A stretch of DNA of 64,000 nt from Octopus bimaculoides. Lineage: Eukaryota. Below are positions 24,866 through 38,665 of this stretch, in pieces. The notes under the pieces were generated by a model, which saw only the letters and a list, made by a program, of their open reading frames with translations, did no database searches and had not been told where the DNA came from. Made by a program: the position numbers and the translations under genes. The stretch lies in assembly GCF_001194135.2 (NCBI RefSeq), contig NC_068984.1:4032192-4096191 (forward strand). The letters run 5' to 3'. How positions within the stretch are numbered: position 1 is the first letter of the stretch; the number at the start of each line of letters is the position of its first letter.

Positions 24866-26429
24866 CCAGTTCATCAGGCAGTTGTGATCAAGAATCTTGA
24901 TCACAACTGGGCAATGAAAGGGAACGTGAAACTGAGTAGCAGTTTGTTGTGACGTTTTTGCAGCCTTAATAAAAAAGCATATTATTCTACCTTCAGTATT
25001 CAAGTAGTATTTTTTCCACCTTGTTCTGCATTTATATATTTCCTTGTGTGTGGTTGAGTATATCAAATTCAAGCCCTTTTCTCTTTTTGTTCTTTTCTCT
25101 TATTGTTGATGTGCTCTTTATATTACTTTCTGGCTCTTCTCGGACTACACAAAACCCTATGTGATCAAGCAGCAGTAGAAGTTGAATGTGATTACTAATA
25201 TGAGCTGAAAACTGAATGGTAAAATTGTTGTGTTCTGAGTGCAAGTATTCCTACTTTGTACACACATATACATATGTGTGTGTGTGTGTATATGTAATAT
25301 CAACATCATTCTAACATCCATCTTTTCATAATGCCATGGGTCAGATGAAGTTCACTGAGGAATATTTTCTGTGATTAGCTACCCGTCCTATCACCAACCC
25401 TCACTGGTTTCCAAGCATGGTAATATTTCTTCATGGCCAGACATGTTTTATGAATGACTGAAAACAAATGAAGCCGCTTCTATGTTAGTGGTACTCATTT
25501 ACAACTGTCACATGATGTAAAGAGACTTGTGAACGGACAACCACCAATGACAAGCAGCTCATATTAAATAAAGTGCTAAACTCTTCAGCTATGCAAAATA
25601 GTTGCTCCAGTTCTATGAAGCTGCTGGACTTCTATATAAACAGATTGGGTGCTCCATTTTGGGGATTGGTAAAGTGCTGAAGACACCTTTGATGAGATCA
25701 TTATAAGTGTCAAACGTTGATTAGTGCTGTTCATCACATTTTTCAATCTAATTCACTATGTTTATATGTCTGCCATGCAAGTTTATAGATACATACAATG
25801 GAATCCTTTATTTATTTATTTATTCATTTATTTTTTGTTAATTAAATTCAGTCTCAAAGCTTTTGTTGGTTTTGGACTATAGAAGATAATACCTGAAGTG
25901 CCATGCTTGTGTGTGTGAACCTGAAACCAATGTTGGGAAGGGAATTTCTTAATCACAGTCACACATAAACATGCAGATATGCATATACATACAAATACGT
26001 ACATTCATAAATATACATGTATACACATACTTATATGCATACTTATTTGCATATACATACACATATGGAGCAGTCATCCAAGAATCTTTTCCAGTTCCTT
26101 ATTAACCAGGATTAGTAATGTTGATCAAAAGTAATTCCAGAGAGGGTATAGATTTTTTCTACCAGGAATCCCATTACTAGTATTGCAAACATCAGTGCAA
26201 CTTTCATCTCCACTGCTGTGCCTTGAATTTACAGGTAACATTCATTGTCAAAGAAGTAGTTGTTTTCCATTACCAACTGCAATCCTTTAAGTATAAACAG
26301 TTTTGGGAGTCTCTCCTGTATTCTCTCTGGGTATTTATTTATCCAGAAAAAATGCATATACATATAAATTATATGAAATATTATGTATTCTTTGGATAAT
26401 ATTATGTATATGCATTTTATCCAGAAAGT

Positions 26430-26700
26430 GCATGTACATATATATTACATGACCAACCAGACTATCAGATGTTACACATCGCTGGTCAGAGTGCACTTTG
26501 CATCAATTTTAGCTTGCAAATTATGCAATCCGAGTGGCAAGGAGACCAGGCCAACACTTCCCCTTGAATGGTAGGGGACTGGAACAATGTGAAATTAAGT
26601 GTTTTGCTCAAGAAAACAACACACCACCTAGTCTGGGAAACAAACTTATGATCTTGCAATCAGGAGTGCAACACCCTAACCACTAGGCCACACACCTTCA
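26430..26700 (-). mobile_element. tRNA-derived SINE (same family as 41084)
   Basis: Minus strand ggtgtgtggcctagtggttagggtgttgcactc...ttcttgagcaaaacactt. Confidence 0.75.
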
Positions 26701-26717
26701 CTATATATGGATGGATT

Positions 26718-26761
<44 letters not shown>

Positions 26762-26802
26762 GATATATAGATATACACACATACATACATGCACACTCAT
26801 AT

Positions 26803-26847
<45 letters not shown>

Positions 26848-27416
26848 CACGCACACACACACACACACAGAAATACAATATGCATATCAAAATATACTTG
26901 TTATCCTTTAAACATGAACTCTAGTAAAAAGTATTCAGTAATCCTTCAGTTTAGTGTAAAATTGTTTTCATTATAACTTGACATGAAAAGAAACACACAA
27001 AAATAGATATATCAGGCACATGCCATCAATAATTACTCAGGGTAGGCAGTTGGTGACCTTTGATGTAGTAAAACACACAAAAAATAAAGGAAATACAGGT
27101 GCGTGACTGAGTTGAAGGCAGGTCTATTTCTACCTTTACAGCATGTAAAGAAAATGGTGTTGTAGAAATGTACGCAGCACGTGTACTACAGCAGTACTAT
27201 GCATAGCTTAAATCCTAAGATTGAAAAGCTGGGGCAAATAATGCCTACTTAATCTGCCAAAAAATATAACATTTTGCATTTTACGCATAGTAATCGGACT
27301 AACCTTCATAATTTCATTGAATTAGGTGCATATTTTGTCATAAAAGGAAAATGTTGCTATCAATCTATTTTAATCAAGGTAGGCACTGCCTAACTTGTCT
27401 ACCAGGCAGCGCATCC

Positions 27417-27462
<46 letters not shown>

Positions 27463-27489
27463 TGAACATGCATGTGTGCATAACTAACA

Positions 27490-27795
27490 GGCCCTCTGTC
27501 GGTTGCAGCGATGAGGGTTCTACTGGATCTGATCAATGGAATAGTCTGCTCATTAAATTAACATGCATACAGCTGAGCACTCCACAGACATGTGTATCCC
27601 TAACATCATTCTCAGGAAGATTCAGTATGGTAGGTAATGTGACAAAGCTGGCATTTTGAAATAGAGGCACTACTTCTTTTTGCCAGCCAAGTAAACTTGA
27701 GTAACAGGAAATAAAGTCTCTTGGTGAATGAAACAATGCATCGCCAGGAATTGAACTGATGACCGTGCAATTGTGAGCCGACTACACTAACCACA
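27490..27795 (-). mobile_element. tRNA-derived SINE, different body
   Basis: Minus strand gtggttagtgtagtcggctcacaattgcacgg..cagttcaattcctgg (A and B boxes) plus about 230 bp of body. Confidence 0.6.
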
Positions 27796-28272
27796 AAGTC
27801 AAGCACCTTCAATTGTGTGTATATGTTACTCTGATATAAATGTAAAATATACACACATACATAAGTCTATACATAAATCTATATTATTCTACACATCTAC
27901 ATGAACATGGTTGATATAAACATATACGTAGATACATGTATATGTACATTTGGTAACGTAAATATCCATATATACACACATACAGACATATATATACATA
28001 CACACACGTGTATACACATTCATACACGTATGTATACACAAACGTACACACACACATATGTATATGCATACACATATATTTATACACATACATCAATATG
28101 TATACACATATATCAATATGTATACACATATACATGCATACACATATATTCTTTACTTTCTCTTTTACTCTTTCATTTCAGGGATTTGACTGTGGCCAAG
28201 CTGGAGTATAGCCTTTTAGTCGGATGAATCGACCGCAGGACTTATTCTTTGTAAGCATGGTATTATATATAT

Positions 28273-28326
<54 letters not shown>

Positions 28327-28329
28327 TTG

Positions 28330-28505
28330 ACCACTAACCCCAAAAGTTTTTTATTCCCCCTCTGTTTATTTCCTTATGTTCTTTTCTGTTGAAGAGCACA
28401 GACTCGAAACATAAAAGACTTTCTCATCTTCCCGAGTGTTAAATTAATACACCTGTTTGTTGTTTATACACCTGTCTTCGTCTTTTGTTTTTCTCTAAAT
28501 TTCAA
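28330..28505 (+). mobile_element. Penelope-like terminal repeat with degenerate hammerhead-type motif
   Basis: ctttt CTGTTGA a GAG-cacaga-CTC GAAA CA TA aaag at 28381-28417, flanked by microsatellites. Confidence 0.5.
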
Positions 28506-28685
28506 CTATATATATATATATATATATACATACAGATACATATATACATGCACACACTCACACACATATATTCATATATATATATACACACGCAGATAAA
28601 TATATAAACACATATACGCATAGATATATATATATACATGTATAATAATATATACATATATATACACATGTATACATTCATACAT

Positions 28686-28828
<143 letters not shown>

Positions 28829-29719
28829 TATATATATAAATATATATAAGTATATATATGAATAAATATATATACATACATATGTATATATATTCTTTAA
28901 TTCTTTAAACTGCATCAGCTTGAAACCTACGATCATGCTGGGGCACCACCTGTGGCAGTGCTACACCATTAATTGAATCTTCCTCTGATATGTGGCATTT
29001 GGTGAATGAGGGAGTTTGCTGCTAAAACCCTCATCTGTGCTTCTAGCCATGATGGAGGCTCATCTGGGACCCTTGATAGAAGATCCAGTTTTGCTTCATG
29101 ATACCTACATCCACAGCATGCAGGTCTCTCAGGCACTTTCGATATATACATATATGTAACACGTACATACATATACATATGTATGTATACATACATATAC
29201 ATAGATATACATACATTTACAAATATACATACATATATATACATACATTAATATATATACAGGCTTATATATATATATACACATACATATATAAGGATAT
29301 ATANNNNNNNNNNNNNNNNNNNNNNNNNNNNNNNNNNNNNNNNNNNNNNNNNNNNNNNNNNNNNNNNNNNNNNNNNNNNNNNNNNNNNNNNNNNNNNNNN
29401 NNNTATATATATATATATATATAGTGGAATTCAACTCGTATTTAAGCTCACTTTGCAAAACTGTTTCACTCCAAGAAACATCTTAAGTTTGGTCTGTCCA
29501 TCGTTGATGACAACTTATATGGCCCTAAGTCCTGATAAGTCATCCCTCCAGCAACAGTCTGACCATCTGGATATATATATATATATATATATATATAGGC
29601 CAATCCATGCCAGCATGGAAAATAGATGTTAAATGATAACGATCTATATTTATGTACACATACATGTATTTAAATATATATACATACATATATGTACATT
29701 TATATGTATATATGCACAT

Positions 29720-29756
<37 letters not shown>

Positions 29757-29759
<3 letters not shown>

Positions 29760-30010
29760 TTCACTGGTTTCAGTCATTAGATTGTGGCCATGCCTGGAAT
29801 GGATTGAACCCAGCACTTACTCTACCAGTCTATTTTGGTGAACAGCTAAATTACAGGGGCATGAACACACAAACACTGTTTGTGAAGCAGTGATGGTGGT
29901 GGGGGACAGATACACACACACACACACATGTCTTAATAGACACAAGATGTGATCTATTTCTAGCACATTGAATGTCCACGTTAGTGGTCAACGTTATATA
30001 TAAAAATATA

Positions 30011-30079
<69 letters not shown>

Positions 30080-30220
30080 CAGTTCTTTGAGTTTCAATCT
30101 TCCAAATCCACTCATGAAGGCTTTGATCAGCCTGAGGCTATAGAATACCCTTGTGTAGTGGAATTGAACCTGGAACTTTGAGGTTCAGAAACAAACTTCT
30201 AACCACATAGCCACACCTGT
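29757..30220 (-). mobile_element. CORE-type SINE with internal microsatellites
   Basis: tttcagtcattagattgtggccatgc ... gaggctatagaatacc ... aaacttctaaccacatagcc. Confidence 0.7.
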
Positions 30221-30273
30221 GTTTATATATATCTGTATATGTATGTGTGTGTGTGTCTGTGTATATACATGCA

Positions 30274-30308
<35 letters not shown>

Positions 30309-30318
30309 NNNNNNNNNN

Positions 30319-30358
<40 letters not shown>

Positions 30359-30569
30359 ATATTTATATTCATATATAAGGATGCATTATATACATATATA
30401 TCCATACATGTTCATATATAAGGATATATATATGTGTGTGTGCTGATATTTATATAGATAGGACAAATTTGTATGCACTGAAGTTTGTCTAATACATACA
30501 GGTACTATTTAAACAGAATTATTGTAACAATAAACCTTTTGTCCCAAATGATGCTATATATTTGTTTGT

Positions 30570-30605
<36 letters not shown>

Positions 30606-33079
30606 CATGTGTGTGTGTTAGGATGTATGAGGTCCTGTAGGCACATATGTGCTGCAGGCATGTGTGTGTGTACAGGTAGTTAAGCTGACACGTGTATGCA
30701 TGTGCTTCTGCATGTGGTTACGTAGCTACATGTGTGTGTATATGGACATGTGTATGTATTGTTGTGCATAGGTGTGTATGTGAATATACATAAGTATATG
30801 TGATGTGGTTATAAGGTATGTATATGTGTACTAATTCAGACACATGTCGATGCGTTTAGATACGCAGGAGTGTCTGACAACTGCATAACGAGTTTACAGA
30901 AATACGATTTGTGTGTATGTGTGTTCTTTAGCCCTGAGACGAACCTGACAGAAGATCAATCGCCAAAGGTATTCCAACCACGATCATCCTGCAATAGTAC
31001 ACCTTGGACAACGCTATGTGTTTCTTGGAAGACGGAAGAGTTATACGAGGTAGATTTTGCTGCTATGTCTAGTAAGTCGATCCACCACATAGAGGCTCAT
31101 TATGCGCGCGCGCGCGACAGCGTGTGTGCGTGTAATCCACGACTGTTGAATAATGAATCGGTTCATTTCCGATGTCCATAACACGTCTCTGCGTACCTGT
31201 GTGTATATCGGTCAGTATATTTATGTAAGTGTAGTTGTGTATGTCGGTCAGTGTGTTTGTATGTGTGTGCGCCAAGTTCCTGTGTATTTATATATGTGTG
31301 TATCTATGTATGTCGATCAGTGCGCTCGAATGTGTAGTTGTGCGTTTTGATCTGTGTGTGTGTACCTGAGAATGTCGATCCGTGCGTGTGTGATGCTATC
31401 CGTAGTAATTGAAAATGCGCAACATAATTCAGAGAATGGATCGCCTCATAATGTGTGTGTGTGTGTGTGCACGCGTGCGTGTGTGCATGCGTAAATGAAG
31501 GCGTCTGAAGTAAAGCTGTCACTGTCGACTTCACCAACAGATGACAAGTCAAACAAACTTCTTAGGAAGGTAAATGGCCTGCCCCACTTGAAATATCTAA
31601 GTAGATCTGGAGAAGACGAAATATCGTTCATCATTACATTCTTTTATCACTTTCACAAAGAAAGAAAATAAAACTGCACACAAATACACACATTTAGCTC
31701 TGTGTGTGTGTGTGTGCGCGCATATGTGTGTGTGGGTGTGTTTTTGTGTGCGTGTGTACGGTAGACATACAATTATACATGCACACTTGTTTGAAAATTT
31801 AAATATTTCAAATTTGAAATTATTGAAACTTCAGCAAATGTTGCGAAAATAGCTTTTTTTGATAATTAGCTAATTACTAGATATAATTATTAGCTCTAAG
31901 AACGACAAATATACGATTGTAATAGTGATTCCGTTTAGCCGCAGAAACCCCTACCCCTATATAACAGAAGGAAGATTAAAAGTTGTGATATTCGGTGCCA
32001 TTCTCTACTGAATTGAAAATGCATATGAAATATATCGGTCTCTCGCCGGGGATTAAAACTGCGTCATTCATTCATTCATATTATACATGTATACATATAT
32101 ATATTTATTTATTTCTAAAATATAGAAATAGCTTAATAAGGCAATGTACTAACATTTCAAGCTATGGTACTTGAAAGTAATTGTTGCTTATTTTAACATT
32201 AAAAAAAAATTAGTAATAGAAAGATAATTGTGTAAAGTTTCTAAATATCGAATGCAAGTAGTCACACATTTTCTAAGTTCATTAAATTGGTGAGAAAATC
32301 GTATATTTTGTGAGAGCGAGCTAGTCACAGATATTTTTATGAATGAAAGAATTCTACATCGGGCTGGGGGGTTACTTAAGTTATTTTGAAAAGAGGTTCT
32401 AGTACACACTTAAGTTTAAAAGTGTTCTTAAGTCTATTCACTCAACAAGAACAATTTTGAACATAACTAAAAGAAAATAGTAAAAGAAAAAATAAGTTGA
32501 AATGTTTCTTGGTGTTAATAAGTTTGTCAAGTTACGGTTGCAATTTCATTCAATAGTGGACATTACATGTGGAGAGATGACAATATTAGACAAGTTTGGA
32601 TGTGCACTATCCCAAGCACATGTTTATCTAAAAAGCATGTTTCTCGATTAAGTGTGTGTGTGTGTGTGTGTGTGTCCGAGCGTGCCAAGCACTGCATTGA
32701 CAGCAAAAGGCGCACTGTCAGCTTTTTCAAAATGTAAATAAAGCAGCAAGAGTTGTCCTTAGATATGGCAATAGAGATAGGTTTCTGATATCTTTTATCC
32801 CTAACAGTCCCACTGAAACGACAGTGGGCTAGTTCCGTGTTTACGGGTAAAACAAGAGGAAAAAAAAGTAACCCGCGAAATAGTGGTGTTTATGAATTTA
32901 TGATGGCTACCAAGTGCAACAATGCAAATTACAAACACTGAAAGTAATAATCAAGTACTTGTTATGGAATAGAGTGGCCCTCACTAAATACACTGATGTC
33001 CACTTGAACACACTGGTCCTTCGGCTAAACACAGAGCAGCAGCAGTAGTAATTCACTTGAGGATAAACACCGCTGGCCA

Positions 33080-33141
<62 letters not shown>

Positions 33142-34113
33142 TCGTGAGGAAAAAAAGACAATGTCTCCTCATTTGCTATGCACAATTATTTAGAAGCATT
33201 CGTCAAGTAAACAACCTACCTCACTCTATAACAGCAGACAGAGCCACAAAAAAAATAAATAAAGCATAGCTAAAACACTGAATGCTTTTTTTTTCTGTTT
33301 GTGAATAAAAGAAGAAAAAAAACAAATAAAACCAAAGTGTCCAAGTGAAATGAAAAAAAAAAGTCTAAGGGTCGGGAGAAAAGCGACGAAATGAAGGAGT
33401 ATTTTGTCACTCACCTCTAAAAGAGAAGCCAAGTACATTGGCCGGTCTTTCCTGCCTGGAAATCGGTAAAAATTTTCAGGCTTGAAAGACAACACTTAGG
33501 GACCGCATCACAATCGTAAATAAAAATATACCCATACGCTGTCGCACGCACGCACGCACAGCCACACATACAGACAACTGTATAAACACATCCACTAGCA
33601 GACATAGTGATACACATAAACAAACAGACACCTCCATAACAAACACATGCGCGCACTCACATATGCAGTCATAGTATTATATTATATATATATGTATATT
33701 ATATATATACATTTATATATATATACATACACACACCTATAAATGTAATATTAATATATATATACGTAGATATAAATACACAAAGGTATTATTCACTGAA
33801 GTAAAAAAAAAAAGTCAGAGAGAAAAAAATAAGAAACACAGACAAGAAAACCAATTAAAGAGAAATATAGAAATGGCTATTTGCTTAGAAAAAAGCTCCC
33901 TGCTACTACTGTAGATGTGTTTTGCGAAGAAATGAAAAGAAAAGTGAACTTTTCTGTCAGTGTTTTACGATCAGAACGACTTTGCCTTCGCCGTGTTGTG
34001 GGGAAAAGAAAAAGTCGATTGTTTTTTTTTCAAAAAAGCCGGCAGTGTTGGCACTATTTGACTGAGGGCGCCATGCTACATTGTTATTAAAAGCAGTGAT
34101 ACGGCTCTCCCGC

Positions 34114-34132
34114 GTGACGTCACAAGCACCTG
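34114..34132. promoter_or_regulatory. Full CRE palindrome GTGACGTCAC plus E-box CACCTG in a CpG-rich patch
   Basis: Perfect 10-bp palindrome at 34114-34123, in a CpG-retaining segment at 33950-34200. Confidence 0.5.
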
Positions 34133-35302
34133 CTGAGTAAACAGAAAATAACAAACAATGGCAGACACAAGCCTGTCGCCGTCTCTTGTGTCTGTGTGTG
34201 CGTACCTCTCTCTATTACTCACTACGATGCAGGAGTGTATTTGTATGTGTGTAGATATGTGTATATCTGTATACACACGTGTATATATATATACACAAAC
34301 ATACGAGATACACACACACACAAATATATATATACACATACATACATCTATCATTTCATTTTCTATACAACTTAGTTGTATTCACTTGGCCGAATCTCAG
34401 CTAGTTTAGAGGGATTTCTTTCTTTCTAGTCCTGTTTCTCGGTCTATTTTGGCATGATGCACGCACTCGTGTGTGTGTGTGTGTGTGTTAAACACTCGAA
34501 TGAAATCATTATTATTATTATTATTATTCTTTTACATAGATCCCCACACAAATTGTTGACTGTCCTTTTGACGTCCCTCTCATCCCCCTGTGGCTAACAA
34601 AAGAAATTATTTGCATTATTATTATGTACATATATAAAATGCCTGTAAGCATATATATTTCTTTCTATTTTGTGTCAAAGATAATAAAGATTGAAAACAA
34701 AGAAACCACATTGAAATAAGATTTTTACTGTTTTTGCTGTCTAATTATTTTACAAAACTTCTTTACAAAAATTTGTTTTCTAATTCCCGCAAACAATTCA
34801 TGCTTCACCGCAGAAGAAATAAAAGCATAGAGATAAGAGACCCCCCCACACACATACACAGATTGAAACAATTGAATATTAAATGGTGAATATTAAGTTA
34901 ATTCACCACAATATAAGGTAACGGGGGAATTAAACCTTAAATATCTCCCCAGCATACTCTGGTTAAATATTCCGCTACAAATTAAAACTTATTATTTACT
35001 TACATTATTTCCACTTAATCTGTGACTTGGAGAAAAATTCCAATATTTGAACTTTCAGTTTACTTTCTGTGTAATAAGTTCGACAACTTTTCTTGTCAAA
35101 TAAACCAGAACAAAAGTTTTAATTATTTCGATTTTTTTTCCTGGAATTCGAAAGTTTTAATATTTAATGTTAAAGAAACAAGAAAACTATAAAAAAAACT
35201 TGAAATATTTTCCTCCCAAATCCGTTTGGAAGTTAGCATTATTCAGAAGTATTTATTTATATTCCTTGAATGTTTTTGTTTCAATAAAAAACAAATACTT
35301 AC

Positions 35303-35545
35303 CGAAATAGTCTCTCAAAACATGTTTTTGTTGCTGTAAAACGAAATATTTAAGTCTCTCCCAATAAAACTGCCTTTTACATTTATTGCTCCGTGTACAT
35401 AATTCGTTGAACTGTCTTAATGACAGAAACTCGATTAAAATTTGTTATTTCGATAATTTTCTTTAGTTTTCAGTGATAAAATGTAGCCAACTCAGATTGT
35501 AAATTTATGAAATAAAGAAAGCAGACGACATTTCACTTGTACATG
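35303..35545 (-). other. Divergent non-coding first exon (candidate)
   Basis: Consensus donor CG|GTAAGTA at 35302, next to the promoter. It contains only very short ATG-stop ORFs. The 5' boundary is a guess. Confidence 0.5.
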
Positions 35546-35548
35546 CTG

Positions 35549-35602
35549 CCGACAGAGGGCGGTGTGTGAGGAGCGGAAGTGTCGGCATTGACCTACTTCC
35601 GG
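35549..35602. promoter_or_regulatory. Housekeeping-type, probably bidirectional promoter
   Basis: Two oppositely oriented ETS/GABP sites (CGGAAGT 35574-35580, ACTTCCGG 35595-35602) and a CTCF-like CCGACAGAGGGCGG (35549-35562). CpG-rich, about 130 bp upstream of the ATG. Confidence 0.65.
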
Positions 35603-35734
35603 TCTATTCCCAGCTGATTTTACCAAACATTGGATCTTTTATGTCATGTTTATTGAAGCCGGAGATAAAGGTGGTAGCGGTGGAGATATTTGTTTACCAA
35701 TAATATCAACAACAACAATAACAACAGCAACAGT

Positions 35735-35858
35735 ATGTCGTCGTCGTCTCCAAGTGGTGAAAGCTCAATGTCGACTGACGACAAGAAACAACAACATCTG
35801 AGACTGGCTGGCGTTGTTAAAAGTGTCCACGCCGACCTTAGAAAGAAATACAGAGAAA
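35735..35858 (+). CDS. Coding exon 1 of an unidentified protein (MSSSSPSGESSMSTDDKKQQHLRLAGVVKSVHADLRKKYRE)
   Basis: ATG downstream of the ETS promoter, protein-like composition, consensus donor A|GTAAGT (phase 1). A second in-frame ATG is at 35768. Confidence 0.75.
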
Positions 35859-37455
35859 GTAAGTGCTACCAGTGGCTTTCATTATGATTTCTTCTTTATT
35901 TTGTTTGTTGTCTTAACAACAGAAGGGTCAAGTTGAAGGGAGAATATTCCTGTCAGCATCAAATACGTTTGTTGATACCTTAAAGCATCGAAATTGAAAA
36001 CACGATTTTCTAGGTACTGTGGAGACATAAACTAATTATATATATATATATATGGTGTGTATATATATATATATTTATATATATATATACACACACGTGT
36101 ATATAGATGTGTATATATATATACACACACGTATATATATATATATATATGTTTGGTCTGAGGAGGACCTGTGGATATTTTTTGAAGCCCTCCTCCACAA
36201 AAAGGTAACACAGTTGTGTGACATTAATTAATATTTAGGTCGGTGCCCCCCCACCACCACCCCTACATATACAGACGTATTGAGATTAAGATTTGTCAGC
36301 TTCTTCGTAAACTACAATGTTTTGTATTAACTAAAGGATAGCTACAGTCCTTTCTTTATGTTATATATATATATATTGTGTGTGTATAGTGTATACACAC
36401 ATAAACGCAGGTATCTTGACAAACAACTAAAATCAATTGTTATCAAAAATATATCAGTGACAACTACAATCTCTCTCTTTCTATCATGTAGGTCGAAGAT
36501 TAATTATCAATATGCATTCAATAAATATATGAACATAATCATATTAGCTGTTGTGGCTGGCATTTTGCGTTTAGCAAACTTCAACTATAATTAAGGGTTT
36601 CTTATCTGTTATGACACTAATTTTTTAACGATGTGGATGTATGTATGTATGATAAAATAATATATTGGAAACAACAAAAGCTGGCATTCTTTCGGATTGA
36701 CACATACTTCAGTTATAAAGGGTTGAAATAAAAATAAAAAAACACAATTAAAAGTTTGCAAACTTCAATGTACTTCCGTCGAATGTCTTCTAAGTGTTTC
36801 TTGTGAATGGTGTTTAATTATTAAAATTTAAAAAGCGATCATCGATGTGATCATATTAAACGATTCATTGAATTAATGTAACCACTCAGCGGACATGGAT
36901 CGAGAAAATGTCACTTTGACATTAAATAAATCAGTGTTGTAAATAAAAAAATCTGATCTTTTTTGAATTGACAGTTTATATCTTTCAATAAGATAAATGT
37001 CAAAAGAAATATATGTAATTTATAATCTTTTTCAAGTTTGATGTAATAGTTTAGCTGTAGTAATCGACGTTGTCTGAAAACATCAGCTGGTAACAGTGTT
37101 AATGAATGAAAGTAGTTTTGGGGTCAAACCTCGACTGTTGTTCCTCAAACTGTGAGCAACACGTGCTTCAGTTCGACAAACTGTTTACATTTTTCACCGA
37201 AATCGTTCTGTCACGTTGACGCTAACATCAAAGTCTTTCAATGATTTATTAAAACCAATACTTACTTTCAAACATAAAACAACAAATCGATAATTAATTA
37301 TCAGCAATTTTATTCTGTTTCAACAAGTCTGATAGTTTGTTTTTTGTTGTTTTTTTTTCTAATGTTTTCACTGCGTTTATAAAACTGGATTAAATATTAT
37401 TTGCTTTTGGATTTCTTTTTAAATAAACGTTTTCTTCACTTGAAAATGTTTCTTT

Positions 37456-37496
<41 letters not shown>

Positions 37497-38009
37497 CTCT
37501 CTCTCTCTCTCTATCTCTCCCTCTCACGTCTGTCTCCTCTTTTCACTCCCTTTCCACTGTCCCTCTCTTTTTCTTCCACATTTCCCCCCTCTTCTTCTCT
37601 CTCTCCATTATGTTAGAACTAAAATTTCTACTCTATCTTCATCTACGAAAAGACCTGAAAGGAAATAATAATAATAATCTTAAGTTTAAATTTCTTTCTG
37701 ATTTTGAACTAAATGAAATTATCCCAAACTTTCAATATCAAACCCTAAACTACTAATCTTCCCTCACACTCCGGGTTTTTTTTAATATATTTTTTGGATG
37801 GATTTCTTCTGGATTTTTTTTTTTAAGTATCTCTATTTTCTGTTTCTGTAAAACGAAAGCATGTTCTATTGTAAGACAAGGGAACATAATCAAAGGAAAT
37901 TGATCGCATTGTTATTACCTGTAATTTCATTGTCAATGTTAGATTTTAAAATGTAGAATGTCAACTTCAGATACATAAGGTACACAAAAAAATATCGAAA
38001 TGAACTTAA

Positions 38010-38219
38010 AAGGGTACATTTTCAGATTAAAACCCGCACAATTTTCACTAGGGTTTTAGGGTCAGGGTTACGGTTAGTGTTTTAGGGTTAGGGAATTCCG
38101 TCCCTAACCCTAAAACTCTAACCTTAACCCTAACCCTAAAACCGGAACCCTGACCCTAAAACCCTAACCCTAACACCCTAGTGAAAATCGTGCGGATGTT
38201 AATCTGAAAATTTACCCTT
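38010..38219. mobile_element. MITE with ~43-bp TIRs enclosing inverted telomere-like repeats
   Basis: aagggtacattttcagattaaaacccgcacaattttcactaggg pairs with ccctagtgaaaatcgtgcggatgttaatctgaaaatttaccctt. The interior is TTAGGG-like then CCCTAA-like, with TTAA at both ends. Confidence 0.85.
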
Positions 38220-38665
38220 AAAACACTCAAATTTGTGGGGGAAATTCCTTCGATAGAACGAGGTGTTTCGGAGCGTTTCATGCCTTTCCAACAGGTATTA
38301 CATACTAAAGTGAACTAGTTCTCTGCAGATCATTGAATTTGAGAGCCAAGAATTTACTAATTTACTACATGTTGTTAGGTAATGATAATTTATTACATGT
38401 TATTAGGTACTAGTAATTGCGAAAAATATCCAAAGTTTTTTTGTTTTTTTTTAGAGAAAGCCGGTCCTTCACTATTATTAACGTATGTGGAAGGAAAGTA
38501 TTCCAATAGAGATTGAAAAAAAAATGAATGAATTCAGTTTGTTAGGATTGGCATCAACTTGGCAGGGTCTTGTTAAGTTTTTTCTGCAATAATAATTATT
38601 TCTACCGTAAAACTTCAAATGTTTTACGTTTAATGCTGTGCAGTCACTTCATTCAACCATAACAA

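Noticed and set aside
25681-25720. acacc-UUUGAUGA gau...guc AAACGUU resembling a decayed hammerhead
   Set aside because: C3 and G12 are missing and stem I is unsupported.
38050-38180. Telomere-telomere fusion scar
   Set aside because: The repeats are short, degenerate and enclosed by non-telomeric TIRs, which fits a MITE better.
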